Source of the DNA: Clostridia bacterium
Lineage (GTDB): Bacteria; Bacillota; Clostridia; Christensenellales; UBA1242
Direction of reading: 5' to 3'
DNA: 64,000 nucleotides
Assembly (NCBI GenBank): GCA_045635805.1
Contig: JAZTWI010000007.1
Span: 2,749-66,748, forward strand
The translations under genes were made by a program, and so were the position numbers. The notes beneath the pieces are model-generated. The model saw only the letters and a program-made list of their open reading frames with translations. It searched no databases and was not told the origin of the DNA. Positions within the stretch are counted from its first letter, which is position 1; each line of letters starts with the position of its first letter. Of the stretch, positions 16,133-26,157 are shown one piece after another.

Positions 16133-18682
16133 ATGAAGAAATTCGCACTAGCAATTTTTATACTTTTATTTGGACTATTTTTTGCTCCAAATAAATATAT
16201 AGTATCTGCCGAAGAAACCCAGGGCGAAACAAACAATTCCCCTATAGTAAATACTATATATACAGACGGAATACTTGAATATAAAAACTTAACAAACATA
16301 TCTAAACTTGCTATAAATGATACATATATAGCGTATAGTCTAGATAAAAATAATATAGAAATTTTAAATAAAGAATCAAAGTCAACAGTCAAAATCACAA
16401 ACTTTGGAAATATTCATAAAATTAAATTTGTTGGAGAAAAATTACTAGTTGTAACCGATACCAATATTAAGGTCATTGATGTATTCAAAGACTTTGCTGC
16501 ATCTAATTACTCTAGTATACCAGACATCTCTTTTACTAACCTAAGAGCAATTGATATCTACTCCACAAACTCTCTAATATACATAGGTTTTGTAGATGGT
16601 CAAACATTTAATCTAAATGAATACTCTTTAACACTACAACCAAAAAACAACCCAATTAAACAAATAACTTCTAATAGATATAGTGACACCTACGTAATGG
16701 CGATTAATGATAAAACAGCTTATATCGTATCTAATGAATTATCACCTACAATGTACGCACTAGACTATTTAGAAGATGAACCAACAACTAGTCCATTATC
16801 TATTCCATATAAGGTGCTAGATACTTTCTACTATAATGGCAATGAATATATACTTTCATTTACAACAGAAAACTTATCACTACTAACTCCTGACTTTACA
16901 GAAATAGATACTTTAACAATAAACCCAATAGAAAATGTTGCTCTAGATATTACAGATATCGAATTCTATGAAAGTAAAATAGTTGTTGCCGACAAGAGAA
17001 ATACAGGTGCAATACAGGTTTACAATATCAACCTAGAAGAGACAAACAACGAACTATCTTCTACAGAAATACTAGTTTGTAGTAATAGTAAAAATATTGG
17101 CAGATACAATAACGCAGAAGGCATTGTGGTTTCTGGCGATACTATTATGGTAGCCGACACAAATAACAATAATATTCATATTATTGAAAATGGAACTACT
17201 ACATACATTAATGACCTAAACACATCTGCTAAACCAAGAAATTTAGCAATGGATGAAAAATTAAATATCTTCTTTATTGAAGACTCTACAAGCAATTCCA
17301 TTGTTACTAAATACAGATACACAAGTGCCGGGTATGTATTCGCAACTAAATACGAAACAGTATCATCTAATAATATTGGCTATGTTTCGTCACTAATAGC
17401 ACACAATTCCACTGTTTATCTGCTTGATTACACAAATAATAATCTGCTAGCTATCACAAATAACGGTATGCAGATTAAAGCAGGTTTATCAATAGACTTA
17501 AATGAAAATTCAATGATTGAATATATAAAAGGTACTAATCAATTAGTTATATATAATGACGCTACACTATACCTTCTTAATACTTCCGGCACAATTTTAA
17601 ATAGTATTACCACAGAAGAATTAGTATCAATTACAGCCGACCTATATCATATTTACGGTTTGCAAAACGATACTATACATATCTATAGTATTAATACTAC
17701 AGACAATACTATTATCAAAACTACCGACACAGTTACCTGTGATGACTTTGTAAATTTAAGCGAAATTGAGTTCTGTATATCTGCTAGAGAAATATTTGCA
17801 TATGATAGCAGTAGAGCTTGTCTAGTTAGATTTACATTTGATAAAGTAAATAATCCATTTAACTTTGAAGACTATTCCACTACTGAACCACTATTAGAAA
17901 ACTCAACCATACTTCCTATAGCTATCACCAATAATCCTATTATTTACGAGTACCCTTATCATATTGGCAAGGCGTATAATAAGGATTATAGCATTACTAA
18001 TTGTATTGGAATTGGTGAATATGCTAATGAATATAGAATACTATTTAATCATAATGGTGAGCTCACAAGTGGATTTATTAGTAAAACTAATGCTCAAATA
18101 CAAACCATTACTAGTGAAACAAACGAAGTAATTGCAATCAACCAAAAAATACCTGTCTATAAATACCCTACAATTCTTACTCATAATGATGACACTATTA
18201 GAGTTGGCGTAGTAGAACATAAAACAGTATTTACTGTAACAGCCAAATTCCCTATCAGCATCGATGGTAAAGTTTTCTATCAATATAAATACGATGGAAA
18301 AGTTGGTTATATATTCAACGCAGATATAGTTCTAAATGACGATAGAAGCATATCTTATATAACAACTAAAAACGCTACTATCAAAGCAATAGGAGTAGAT
18401 ACAATCGAACTATATAGCGAAGACAAAACAGAAGTTGTCACTACTCTTAAAAATGACGATAGGATATATGTAGCAGAATACAACGAAAATAATGAGTATA
18501 CTAAGGTTATATATACTGATAGTTCACTTAATACTATCGAAGGCTATGTAAAAACCGAATATATAGAAATGGACAAACTAGACAATATGAGAATTATACT
18601 CATAGTTGTCATTATCATTTCTGTAATACTCCTAATAGTTATCATCGCTAGTTATATAGCAATCAAGAAAAAGAAAAGTTAA
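16133..18682 (+). CDS. Large secreted beta-propeller/NHL-like repeat protein with C-terminal SH3b domains and TM anchor
   Basis: Signal peptide MKKFALAIFILLFGLFFAP..VSAEE. NHL-like repeats (IVVADKRNTGAIQVYNI; IMVADTNNNNIHIIENG; VYLLDYTNNNLLAITNNG). SH3b-like modules end in GKVGYIFNADI and IEGYVKTEYIE. C-terminal TM IILIVVIIISVILLIVIIASYIAI followed by KKKKS. Confidence 0.6.
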   Translation: MKKFALAIFILLFGLFFAPNKYIVSAEETQGETNNSPIVNTIYTDGILEYKNLTNISKLAINDTYIAYSLDKNNIEILNKESKSTVKITNFGNIHKIKFVGEKLLVVTDTNIKVIDVFKDFAASNYSSIPDISFTNLRAIDIYSTNSLIYIGFVDGQTFNLNEYSLTLQPKNNPIKQITSNRYSDTYVMAINDKTAYIVSNELSPTMYALDYLEDEPTTSPLSIPYKVLDTFYYNGNEYILSFTTENLSLLTPDFTEIDTLTINPIENVALDITDIEFYESKIVVADKRNTGAIQVYNINLEETNNELSSTEILVCSNSKNIGRYNNAEGIVVSGDTIMVADTNNNNIHIIENGTTTYINDLNTSAKPRNLAMDEKLNIFFIEDSTSNSIVTKYRYTSAGYVFATKYETVSSNNIGYVSSLIAHNSTVYLLDYTNNNLLAITNNGMQIKAGLSIDLNENSMIEYIKGTNQLVIYNDATLYLLNTSGTILNSITTEELVSITADLYHIYGLQNDTIHIYSINTTDNTIIKTTDTVTCDDFVNLSEIEFCISAREIFAYDSSRACLVRFTFDKVNNPFNFEDYSTTEPLLENSTILPIAITNNPIIYEYPYHIGKAYNKDYSITNCIGIGEYANEYRILFNHNGELTSGFISKTNAQIQTITSETNEVIAINQKIPVYKYPTILTHNDDTIRVGVVEHKTVFTVTAKFPISIDGKVFYQYKYDGKVGYIFNADIVLNDDRSISYITTKNATIKAIGVDTIELYSEDKTEVVTTLKNDDRIYVAEYNENNEYTKVIYTDSSLNTIEGYVKTEYIEMDKLDNMRIILIVVIIISVILLIVIIASYIAIKKKKS

Positions 18683-18687
18683 AAAAT

Positions 18688-18718
18688 AAAAGACTCAAAA
18701 TTACTTTGAGTCTTTTTT
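18688..18718. terminator. Bidirectional terminator between convergent genes
   Basis: AAAAGACTCAAA / TTTGAGTCTTTT stem with a 5-nt loop, flanked by A and T runs. The minus-gene stop codon (18701-18703) sits in the loop. Confidence 0.65.
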
Positions 18719-19252
18719 ATTACTTTTAGTTTTCGTCGGTAAAGATTTTTTACGATTAATTTTATTACCTGTTTTTTTATCATCTATGGCTTCAACACTT
18801 GATTTCTCAGTGCTATGCATAGTACTAGAATTTAAGTAATATGCTGAGTAATACATTATGGTTAAAACCATACTTGCAATACCATATACAGAAGTAATGA
18901 TAGGCAGAGCAACTCTCCTACCATCTAGCTTGGTTACAAATCCAGATGGATTGTTTTCATCATAATAAATGGTCACCTTGTCGCCAACATTGTTTCTTGA
19001 CAAATAAGATGTGGTATTGAGTAGAACAACATCATCAACAGTATACTCTAAAACATCATATAACTTACCTGCATCTGTGCTATGCCCCACAACTACAGCT
19101 TCGGTTTTTACAAAGAAACCATATCTCTTCTCATAATCAAAGCACCAAATTATTGTATATGTTAGCATTACAACAAATAGAACAAGCATTATTATAATGT
19201 ACATTAGATATTGCTTTTTTTTGAGTTCTCTAATATCTACTAAATCTTGCAT
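18701..19252 (-). CDS. Two-TM membrane protein (DUF3592-like topology) with Lys-rich tail
   Basis: 183 aa arranged as TM, about 90-aa beta-rich domain (..VVVGHSTDAGKLYDVLEYTVDD..VTIYYDENNP), TM, then a K/S/T-rich tail. Confidence 0.45.
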   Translation of the reverse strand: MQDLVDIRELKKKQYLMYIIIMLVLFVVMLTYTIIWCFDYEKRYGFFVKTEAVVVGHSTDAGKLYDVLEYTVDDVVLLNTTSYLSRNNVGDKVTIYYDENNPSGFVTKLDGRRVALPIITSVYGIASMVLTIMYYSAYYLNSSTMHSTEKSSVEAIDDKKTGNKINRKKSLPTKTKSNKKDSK

Positions 19253-19325
19253 TATGTATTTATCCTTATATATTTATTAACATTATATTACCACAAATAA
19301 TGCAAAATAACAAAGGATATGTGCT

Positions 19326-20003
19326 CTATCTAACATAGTAATTTTCCAACACTCCCATAGACGTGAGCACCGTATCAACGTCTAAATCTTCCTTAATAAT
19401 CTCTACACGACTTAAACTTACTTCATATGCAGTCTTTACAACAATATCATCACCAATCTTCTTTTGATACTCACGACTCTGTATTCTACCAGATACCGAA
19501 ACCTTGTCACCTATAGCAAAATTTTTCACAAATCTAGCATTTCTCCCCCAAGCAATACAAGGCAAATAATCACTCTTATTATAACTTCTATTTACTGCAA
19601 GTAACACATCTGCAATTTCTCTTTTAAAAGGCGTTGTTCTAAATACAGGTTCTTTACAAACAAACCCAACAATCTCAATACTATTAGGATTATCACTTGC
19701 GCTATAAGGGCATAATTCTCTCAAAAAAACCGTGAGCATTAGTTTACTCTTGCCATCTTCTAATTTATTATAACTTCTAAATTGCCCACTACCAGCTATT
19801 TTACTACCTATGCTAATCTCATTATCTAGTAGCAGTCTCTCACTAATTGTTACAGGAATAATATCATATATATCAGAAAGCCTTGATACTTTAAGTTTTA
19901 AATCAAAAAACTTCTCTCCATATGTCTCATGACTAAACTCTAGTTCACTGACAACTTCTCCTGCAATATTTACCCTATTATTTTTTAGCAAATTGTAATC
20001 CAT
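19326..20003 (-). CDS. Tandem OB-fold single-stranded-DNA-binding-like protein
   Basis: Two SSB-like OB modules. The first runs NRVNIAGEVVSELEFSHE..GSKIAGSGQFRSYN..KSKLMLTVF; the second runs IEIVGFVCKEPVFRTT..LPCIAWGRNARFV..GDKVSVSGRIQSREYQ..AYEVS. No acidic DDD(I/L)PF-type C-terminal tip. Confidence 0.55.
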   Translation of the reverse strand: MDYNLLKNNRVNIAGEVVSELEFSHETYGEKFFDLKLKVSRLSDIYDIIPVTISERLLLDNEISIGSKIAGSGQFRSYNKLEDGKSKLMLTVFLRELCPYSASDNPNSIEIVGFVCKEPVFRTTPFKREIADVLLAVNRSYNKSDYLPCIAWGRNARFVKNFAIGDKVSVSGRIQSREYQKKIGDDIVVKTAYEVSLSRVEIIKEDLDVDTVLTSMGVLENYYVR

Positions 20004-20023
20004 TTAACTTCTCCTTATATAAC

Positions 20024-20791
20024 CTAATTATTTTTTCTTTGTGTGCCTAGATTGTCTATATAGTAATCACTTTTTAATATTAAATCTCCTACCGAGCATA
20101 TCTCATACCCCGCATTTAGTAGGCGCTCGAGCATTAATGGCAATGCATCTAGGATATTATCTGCATTATTATGACACAGTATAATACTACCATTATCCAC
20201 CTTACTCATAACCCTTTCGCAGATATCAATTCCACTAAGGCCCTTCCAATCCAGAGTATCCACACTCCACTGAATAGTCTTTAGATTCATTTCTTCGGCA
20301 AGATTTAAAACAGTATTATTATACGCTCCATATGGTGCTCTAAAAAGTTCTATAGGCTTACTTGTAATATTAGTTATTTTCTCTATACTACTCTCTAATT
20401 CTAGTCTCATCTGTTCTATACTAATAGTTGTAAAGTCTGGATGAGTATTACTATGAGTCCCTATCTCTATTCCTGCTTCATCTATGGCTTTTACCATTTC
20501 AGGATAATCATCTACCCAAAAACCTACCATAAAAAATGTCGCATCTACATTATATTCTTTTAGAATATCTATTATCTTTAGAGTCTTATCTGCACCCCAT
20601 GCAGTATCAAAAGAAATCGCAACTTTCCTGTCTTCAGTCTCTACCGAATAGATAGGAACTAGTCTAGGAGCATTGCCAAAGTACACTTCTGCACTAGCAC
20701 CACCACCTATATCTATTGATAGTAAAAACATACTTAATACTACTAAAAGTAATAAAACCAGACTTTTCTTCTTTATCACTAAAAATCTCAT
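20024..20791 (-). CDS. Polysaccharide deacetylase (NodB/PdaA-PdaB-like), secreted
   Basis: N-terminal signal/TM, SFDTAWG (Asp motif), HSNTHPDF metal motif and RAPYGAYN motif. Confidence 0.8.
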   Translation of the reverse strand: MRFLVIKKKSLVLLLLVVLSMFLLSIDIGGGASAEVYFGNAPRLVPIYSVETEDRKVAISFDTAWGADKTLKIIDILKEYNVDATFFMVGFWVDDYPEMVKAIDEAGIEIGTHSNTHPDFTTISIEQMRLELESSIEKITNITSKPIELFRAPYGAYNNTVLNLAEEMNLKTIQWSVDTLDWKGLSGIDICERVMSKVDNGSIILCHNNADNILDALPLMLERLLNAGYEICSVGDLILKSDYYIDNLGTQRKNN

Positions 20792-20936
20792 CTAGCACCC
20801 CTTTATTATACTTTAAGATACTAGATTACCTTAGCAAATATTAATTAGATAATTGGTAAATAAAGCCTAGTTTTGTCGATTTTTTAGAATAAAAAAAAGA
20901 TATAATATATTACTATATTATACCTTTATATTTTTC

Positions 20937-23900
20937 TTAACTTTCTACAAATGGATATACTCTCTTAACCTTTTCCTTAATTATTGCTTTTCCGTTACCC
21001 ACTCTGGTGTCAATTGGAAGAGCAGTACTTCTAACAAAGGTTAATTTACTATCTAAGGTTTCTATTACATAATTTGTCTTTGGACTTAATTTTCCTGCAT
21101 ATAATAAGATAGCATTTTTAGCCTTAGGACTGATATATGATAGACCCTTTCTATTTCTAGCAGAGTCTGCCACTTCCCCCTGTTTAAGGATTTTAGCATG
21201 TCCATCGCTTTGGAATAGAGTAAATGCATCACTAATAGCTACTTGCATAGCAGAAACGATATAATCATTCTTATCTAGTGCCATACCTTTAACACCTTGG
21301 CTAGTCCTACTAGATACAGCCATATCTTCAGTCTTTATCTTAACAGCATTACCAAGCATTGTAAATAAAGCTAATTTTTTGTCAGGATTAAATATTTCAA
21401 CAGATACTAGTTCATCATTTTTAGCAAGTTTAATAGCAGTAATAACTTGTTTGCTAGATAGATAATCTGTAACTTTAGAAATCTTAACCATACCCATCTT
21501 TGTAACAAAAATAAGGTTAGTATCTTTCATACCAGCATCTAATTCTAAGATAGATACAATATTCTCATCTTTAACAACATTTTTAGCCATGCTAAATAAT
21601 GCTGTACCCTTATCTCTAAACTTACATTCCGCAATAGATTTTACTGCAACTTTTACACTGTCACCACGATTTGTAAATACATATACGTCTTTATTATCAT
21701 CTACCTTAAAGCTTGATGACGGAATCTCTGCAACAGATGGATTATTACCTAGTTCCTTAGTAACTAGATTATAACTCTTTAGATTTACTATTTTCAATGT
21801 GTTCATTGGAGTAGAAATTAAATGGAATGTTTGTATGTCTTCTGTTTCGTTTTCGATACTATCAAGTATAGCAGAACTATCTTCAAAGTGTTCTTCTGCA
21901 CTTAAGAACTTAGTTCTTCTAGGGCTACCAAATTCTTTGATGATATCTTGAAGTTCACTCTTAACCACCTTCATTTGTAGTGCTGGACTCTTTAGAATTG
22001 CAGTATATCTCTTAATCAAATCTCTTAGCCTATTAAGGTCAGTGATTAATTTGTTTACTTCTAGGTTTGTAAGTCTTGCTAATCTCATATCAAGTATTGC
22101 TTGAGCCTGTATTTCTGATAATTCAAAAGTACTGATAAGTTTAATTTTAGCATCAGTAACACTCTTACTAGACTTAATAATCCTTACAACTTCATCGATA
22201 TTTCTAATAGCGATGAGCAATCCTTCTAAGATATGTTCTTTCTTAAGTGCTTCTTCCAAATCATAGTTTGTTCTATTGTATATTACTTTTTGTTGGTAAT
22301 TTACATAGTAATCTATAATCTCGATAAGACCCATTTGTTTAGGCTTACCATCAGCGATAGCAACGATATTAGCTCCAAATGTTGTCTGAACATCACAGTA
22401 CTTATATAGAGTATTTAGAATTGCATTGATTTTGGCGTCTTTCTTTAGTTTAATTACAGCTCTTGTTCCAAATCTATCTGATTCGTCAACAATCTCTGCA
22501 ATACCACTAAGTGGGCCGTTTGGGTTAGCGTCTCTATATTTAGCTATTTTCATTAGCATATTTGCTTTGTTTACTTGGTATGGTATCTCATTAAGAACTA
22601 TATTCTTTCTACCATTATCAGCATTTTCAATGCTAATCTTTGACCTAATATAGATTTTACCCTTACCTGTCTTATATACCTGTTCTAGTTCGGAAGAGTC
22701 TAGAATATAGCCACCACTTGGAAAGTCTGGTGCAGGCATTATCTTCATTAGTTCTTTTAGAGTTATATTTCTATTGTCAATGTATGCAATAACTGCATTA
22801 CACGCTTCTGTTAAGTTATGTGTAGGAATGTTTGTAGCAAGACCTACAGCAATACCCTGACAGCCATTAACAAGTAGGTTTGGAAATCTACCTGGTAAAG
22901 TATTTGGTTCTTTTAGTCTATCATCAAAGTTTAGACCCCAAGTAACTGTATCTTTATCTAGGTCTCTAAGTAATTCTAGTGCAAGTGGTGTAAGTTTTGC
23001 TTCTGTATATCTCATAGCAGCAGCACTATCACCATCGACTGAACCGAAGTTTCCGTGACCATTAACTAATGGCTCTCTCATATTAAATGGTTGTGCCATT
23101 CTAACCAAAGTATCATAAATACTTGTATCTCCGTGTGGGTGATATTTACCCATACACTCACCGACAATACTAGCACTCTTCTTAAATGGTCTATCTGGAA
23201 GGACGCCTACTTCAAGCATACTATATAGTACCCTTCTTTGAACAGGCTTGAGACCATCTTCTACTCTAGGAAGAGCTCTATCCATAATAACAAATTCACT
23301 ATATGGAATCATACTATCGTGAATAGTCTGAGATAGCGTCTTTGTTACATAGTTAGTATTATAATCTTCGATAGTTATATCTCTTTGTGTCTTTTTCTTA
23401 GCTCTAGTTCTTGTCTTCTTTACGGTACTTTCTTCTAATTGCATAGTATCATCTAGAGTTTCTTCTTCGACAACTTCTGTCTGTCTCTCGTCCTTTGCAG
23501 GCTCTACCTTAGATAACGCAACAGTAATACTATCTAATTCTTCTTCGGTTAAATCTTCTAGTGGTTTATCCATATCAACAACTTTAGTTTTTGATTTGCT
23601 TGGAGATTTAACTGCTGTAGTCTTTTTAGGCTCAGTAGTAGTTTTCTGTGGAGCTGTAGTCACATTCTTAGTCTCTGTAGTAGCCACCTTCTTTGTAGTA
23701 GCCTTAGTAGTTGTCTTTTTTACTTCTTCCTTTACTTCTACAGTCTTTACTTCTTCTTTTTTAGGAGCAACCTTTTTTGTTGTCTTCTTAGTTTCTGCAA
23801 CTTCTGGAGTTACAGTTTCTTTAGATACGATATTTTTCTTAGCAGTTGCTTTTGGAGTAGATTTAGTGGTCGTATCTTTTATTTCTTCTACTTTACTTGC

Positions 23901-23975
23901 AAAAAGGTCTTTTTTTACAGCACCTTTTTTAGTAGGAGTAGTTTTTTTATCTTTTATTTCTTCGTCTTTAGCCAT
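20937..23975 (-). CDS. Type IIA DNA topoisomerase subunit A (GyrA/ParC family) with long Lys/Thr-rich N-terminal extension
   Basis: Core motifs RALPRVEDGLKPVQRRVLY, GKYHPHGDTSIYDTLVRMAQ and AAMRYTEAKL (catalytic Tyr). I saw no GyrA box (QRRGGKG) in the C-terminal domain. Preferred start is MAKDEE at 23975, an 8-nt overlap with the B-subunit stop; an alternative ATG is at 23999. Confidence 0.85.
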   Translation of the reverse strand: MAKDEEIKDKKTTPTKKGAVKKDLFASKVEEIKDTTTKSTPKATAKKNIVSKETVTPEVAETKKTTKKVAPKKEEVKTVEVKEEVKKTTTKATTKKVATTETKNVTTAPQKTTTEPKKTTAVKSPSKSKTKVVDMDKPLEDLTEEELDSITVALSKVEPAKDERQTEVVEEETLDDTMQLEESTVKKTRTRAKKKTQRDITIEDYNTNYVTKTLSQTIHDSMIPYSEFVIMDRALPRVEDGLKPVQRRVLYSMLEVGVLPDRPFKKSASIVGECMGKYHPHGDTSIYDTLVRMAQPFNMREPLVNGHGNFGSVDGDSAAAMRYTEAKLTPLALELLRDLDKDTVTWGLNFDDRLKEPNTLPGRFPNLLVNGCQGIAVGLATNIPTHNLTEACNAVIAYIDNRNITLKELMKIMPAPDFPSGGYILDSSELEQVYKTGKGKIYIRSKISIENADNGRKNIVLNEIPYQVNKANMLMKIAKYRDANPNGPLSGIAEIVDESDRFGTRAVIKLKKDAKINAILNTLYKYCDVQTTFGANIVAIADGKPKQMGLIEIIDYYVNYQQKVIYNRTNYDLEEALKKEHILEGLLIAIRNIDEVVRIIKSSKSVTDAKIKLISTFELSEIQAQAILDMRLARLTNLEVNKLITDLNRLRDLIKRYTAILKSPALQMKVVKSELQDIIKEFGSPRRTKFLSAEEHFEDSSAILDSIENETEDIQTFHLISTPMNTLKIVNLKSYNLVTKELGNNPSVAEIPSSSFKVDDNKDVYVFTNRGDSVKVAVKSIAECKFRDKGTALFSMAKNVVKDENIVSILELDAGMKDTNLIFVTKMGMVKISKVTDYLSSKQVITAIKLAKNDELVSVEIFNPDKKLALFTMLGNAVKIKTEDMAVSSRTSQGVKGMALDKNDYIVSAMQVAISDAFTLFQSDGHAKILKQGEVADSARNRKGLSYISPKAKNAILLYAGKLSPKTNYVIETLDSKLTFVRSTALPIDTRVGNGKAIIKEKVKRVYPFVES

Positions 23976-25938
23976 GGTTCTTCTTACTCCTAGTTTCAAA
24001 TAAATCTACTCTATTAAAGTTTGCATTTGCAGTGATATATTTCTTTCTAGCTTCGATATTATCACCCATAAGTGTAGATATCATCTCTTCTGCATCTGCT
24101 AGGTCATCAATAGTTACTCTTACAAGTACTCTCTTTGCTGGGTCCATAGTTGTATCCCAAAGTTGTTCTGCAGACATCTCACCTAGACCTTTAAATCTAG
24201 TAACAGAATATCCTGCACCTGCTTCTTTAACTATCTTATCGTAATCTTCTTCGTCGTATACATATTTTTCAAAGTTCTTCTTACTTATCTTATAAAGTGG
24301 AGCAATCGCAACATATACGTGTCCTGTATTTATAAGTTCTCTCATATATCTATAGAAGAATGTAAGTAAGATTGCTCTAATATGAGCACCGTCTTGGTCA
24401 GCATCGGCCATTATAATAATCTTATTATATTTTAAATGTTCAATATTAAAGTCTGTACCAATACCTGTACCAATAGCAGAAATCATTGTTCTGATTTCTT
24501 CGTTATCAAGTATCTGAGATAATCTCTTCTTCTCAACGTTTAGTGGTTTTCCCCTAAGTGGTAAGATAGCCTGAAATGACCTGTCTCTTGCCTGTTTAGC
24601 ACTACCACCAGCACTATCACCTTCTACGATAAACACTTCGTTAAGTAGTGGATTCCTACCTGTACAACTAGATAATTTACCTACTAGTGAATATGTGTCA
24701 ACACTATTTTTCTGTCTTGTGATTTCCTTAGCTCTCTTAGCCGCATCTCTAACTTTTGCAGCACCCTTAGCCTTATTGATAATCTCTGTCAAGGTCTGTT
24801 TGCTACTAGTTTGATTTGCAAAGTTTATTAAACCTTCGTAAATAATATTCTCTACTTCTGGTCTAGCCTCTGGATTACCAAGTTTAGTCTTGGTTTGTCC
24901 TTCAAACTGTACATTTTTCATCTTAATAGATAGAACAACTGTCATACCTTCCCTGTAGTCTTCACCAAGAAGATTTTGCTCTTTCTCTTTAAGAAGTCCC
25001 ATATTTCTAGCAATCTCATTAAATGCTCTAGTTAGTCCACTCTTAAGGCCGGTCTCATGCATACCACCTTCTGGAGTTGGAATATTGTTTACATAACTAA
25101 ACACGTTCTCAGAATATAGGTCAACGTGTTGAATTGCACAACACAAATCAACTAGGTCTGTTTTTGCTTCAATATAAATAGGCTCTTTATATACAACAGA
25201 ATTTTTTTCATTTAAATATGCAATAAATTCTTTTAGGCCGTTTGTATAATTATACACTCTAACCCTATCACCCATCTCTTCTACTTGATTTTCATCAATA
25301 AGTTCAATAGTGATACCTTTATTTAAAAATGCAAGTTCTCTAACTCTTTTTGCTATAGTATCTCTATCAAATTGGGCATCTTTAAATATTAATTTATCAG
25401 GTTTAAATGTAACTGTTGTTCCCGTCTCTTTAGTAGGTCCAATTAGCGCAAGGGGTGCTACAGGCACACCACCAGAAACCTTGTCCTTACCCTTTCTTAC
25501 AGATTTAAATTCCATAAAGTATTTAGAACCATCTTTACAAACTTCTACCTTTAACCACTCACTTAGAGCGTTTGTAACAGACGCACCAACACCATGTAAT
25601 CCACCAGAATAAGCATAATTTGAGTTATTAAATTTACCACCAGCGTGTAACTGAGTAAATACTACCTGAACACCGCTTATTTTAAGAGTTGGGTGTTTAT
25701 CAACAGGAATACCCCTACCATTATCTTTTACAGTAATGCTATTGTCTGTATGAATTGTGATAGTGATTTTATCACCATAACCATTAGCAATTTCGTCAAT
25801 GGAATTATCAACAATTTCCCAAAGAAGATGATGCAAACCTTTAACTCCGGTAGTACCTATATACATACCCGGTCTAAGTCTAACAGCATCTAGGCCTTCT
25901 AAAACAACTATGTCTTTACTATTATAATTTGCAGCCAA
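23968..25938 (-). CDS. Type IIA DNA topoisomerase subunit B (GyrB/ParE family)
   Basis: GHKL ATPase motifs (LHHLLWEIVDNSIDE, GGLHGVGAS), Toprim EGDSAGGSAK and IMADADQDGAHI. TTG start at 25938 supported by AAGGGAGA 6 nt upstream. Confidence 0.9.
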   Translation of the reverse strand: MAANYNSKDIVVLEGLDAVRLRPGMYIGTTGVKGLHHLLWEIVDNSIDEIANGYGDKITITIHTDNSITVKDNGRGIPVDKHPTLKISGVQVVFTQLHAGGKFNNSNYAYSGGLHGVGASVTNALSEWLKVEVCKDGSKYFMEFKSVRKGKDKVSGGVPVAPLALIGPTKETGTTVTFKPDKLIFKDAQFDRDTIAKRVRELAFLNKGITIELIDENQVEEMGDRVRVYNYTNGLKEFIAYLNEKNSVVYKEPIYIEAKTDLVDLCCAIQHVDLYSENVFSYVNNIPTPEGGMHETGLKSGLTRAFNEIARNMGLLKEKEQNLLGEDYREGMTVVLSIKMKNVQFEGQTKTKLGNPEARPEVENIIYEGLINFANQTSSKQTLTEIINKAKGAAKVRDAAKRAKEITRQKNSVDTYSLVGKLSSCTGRNPLLNEVFIVEGDSAGGSAKQARDRSFQAILPLRGKPLNVEKKRLSQILDNEEIRTMISAIGTGIGTDFNIEHLKYNKIIIMADADQDGAHIRAILLTFFYRYMRELINTGHVYVAIAPLYKISKKNFEKYVYDEEDYDKIVKEAGAGYSVTRFKGLGEMSAEQLWDTTMDPAKRVLVRVTIDDLADAEEMISTLMGDNIEARKKYITANANFNRVDLFETRSKKNHG

Positions 25939-26157
25939 AGTATATCTCCCTTATTTTAATCTCATTTCCAAAATTCATTATAACACAAAAAAACACAAAA
26001 TACAAATATTTTCCTAAATTTGGTCATTTTTTAAACCTTTGCATAATGTGTTTATTTTTATTCGTTATTATAAATATTTATACATAAATAATACATATAA
26101 TAAGGAATAGTTAGAAATTATAACACATAAAATAAATAAAGACAATAAGGAGTGTAT

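Noticed and set aside
16108-16398. 96-aa minus-strand ORF
   Set aside because: It overlaps the promoter, RBS and signal-peptide-coding start of the well-supported 849-aa plus-strand gene.
20792-20936. Structured RNA between the topoisomerase A gene and the deacetylase gene
   Set aside because: Only an AT-only imperfect hairpin (GATATAATATA / TATATTATACC) is present, consistent with a weak terminator. There is no conserved-looking structure.
23596-24003. 135-aa plus-strand ORF opposite the topoisomerase A N-terminus
   Set aside because: It is a mirror artefact of the K/T-rich repeat region (Val/Phe/Ser-rich). It has no RBS and sits inside a conserved operon junction.
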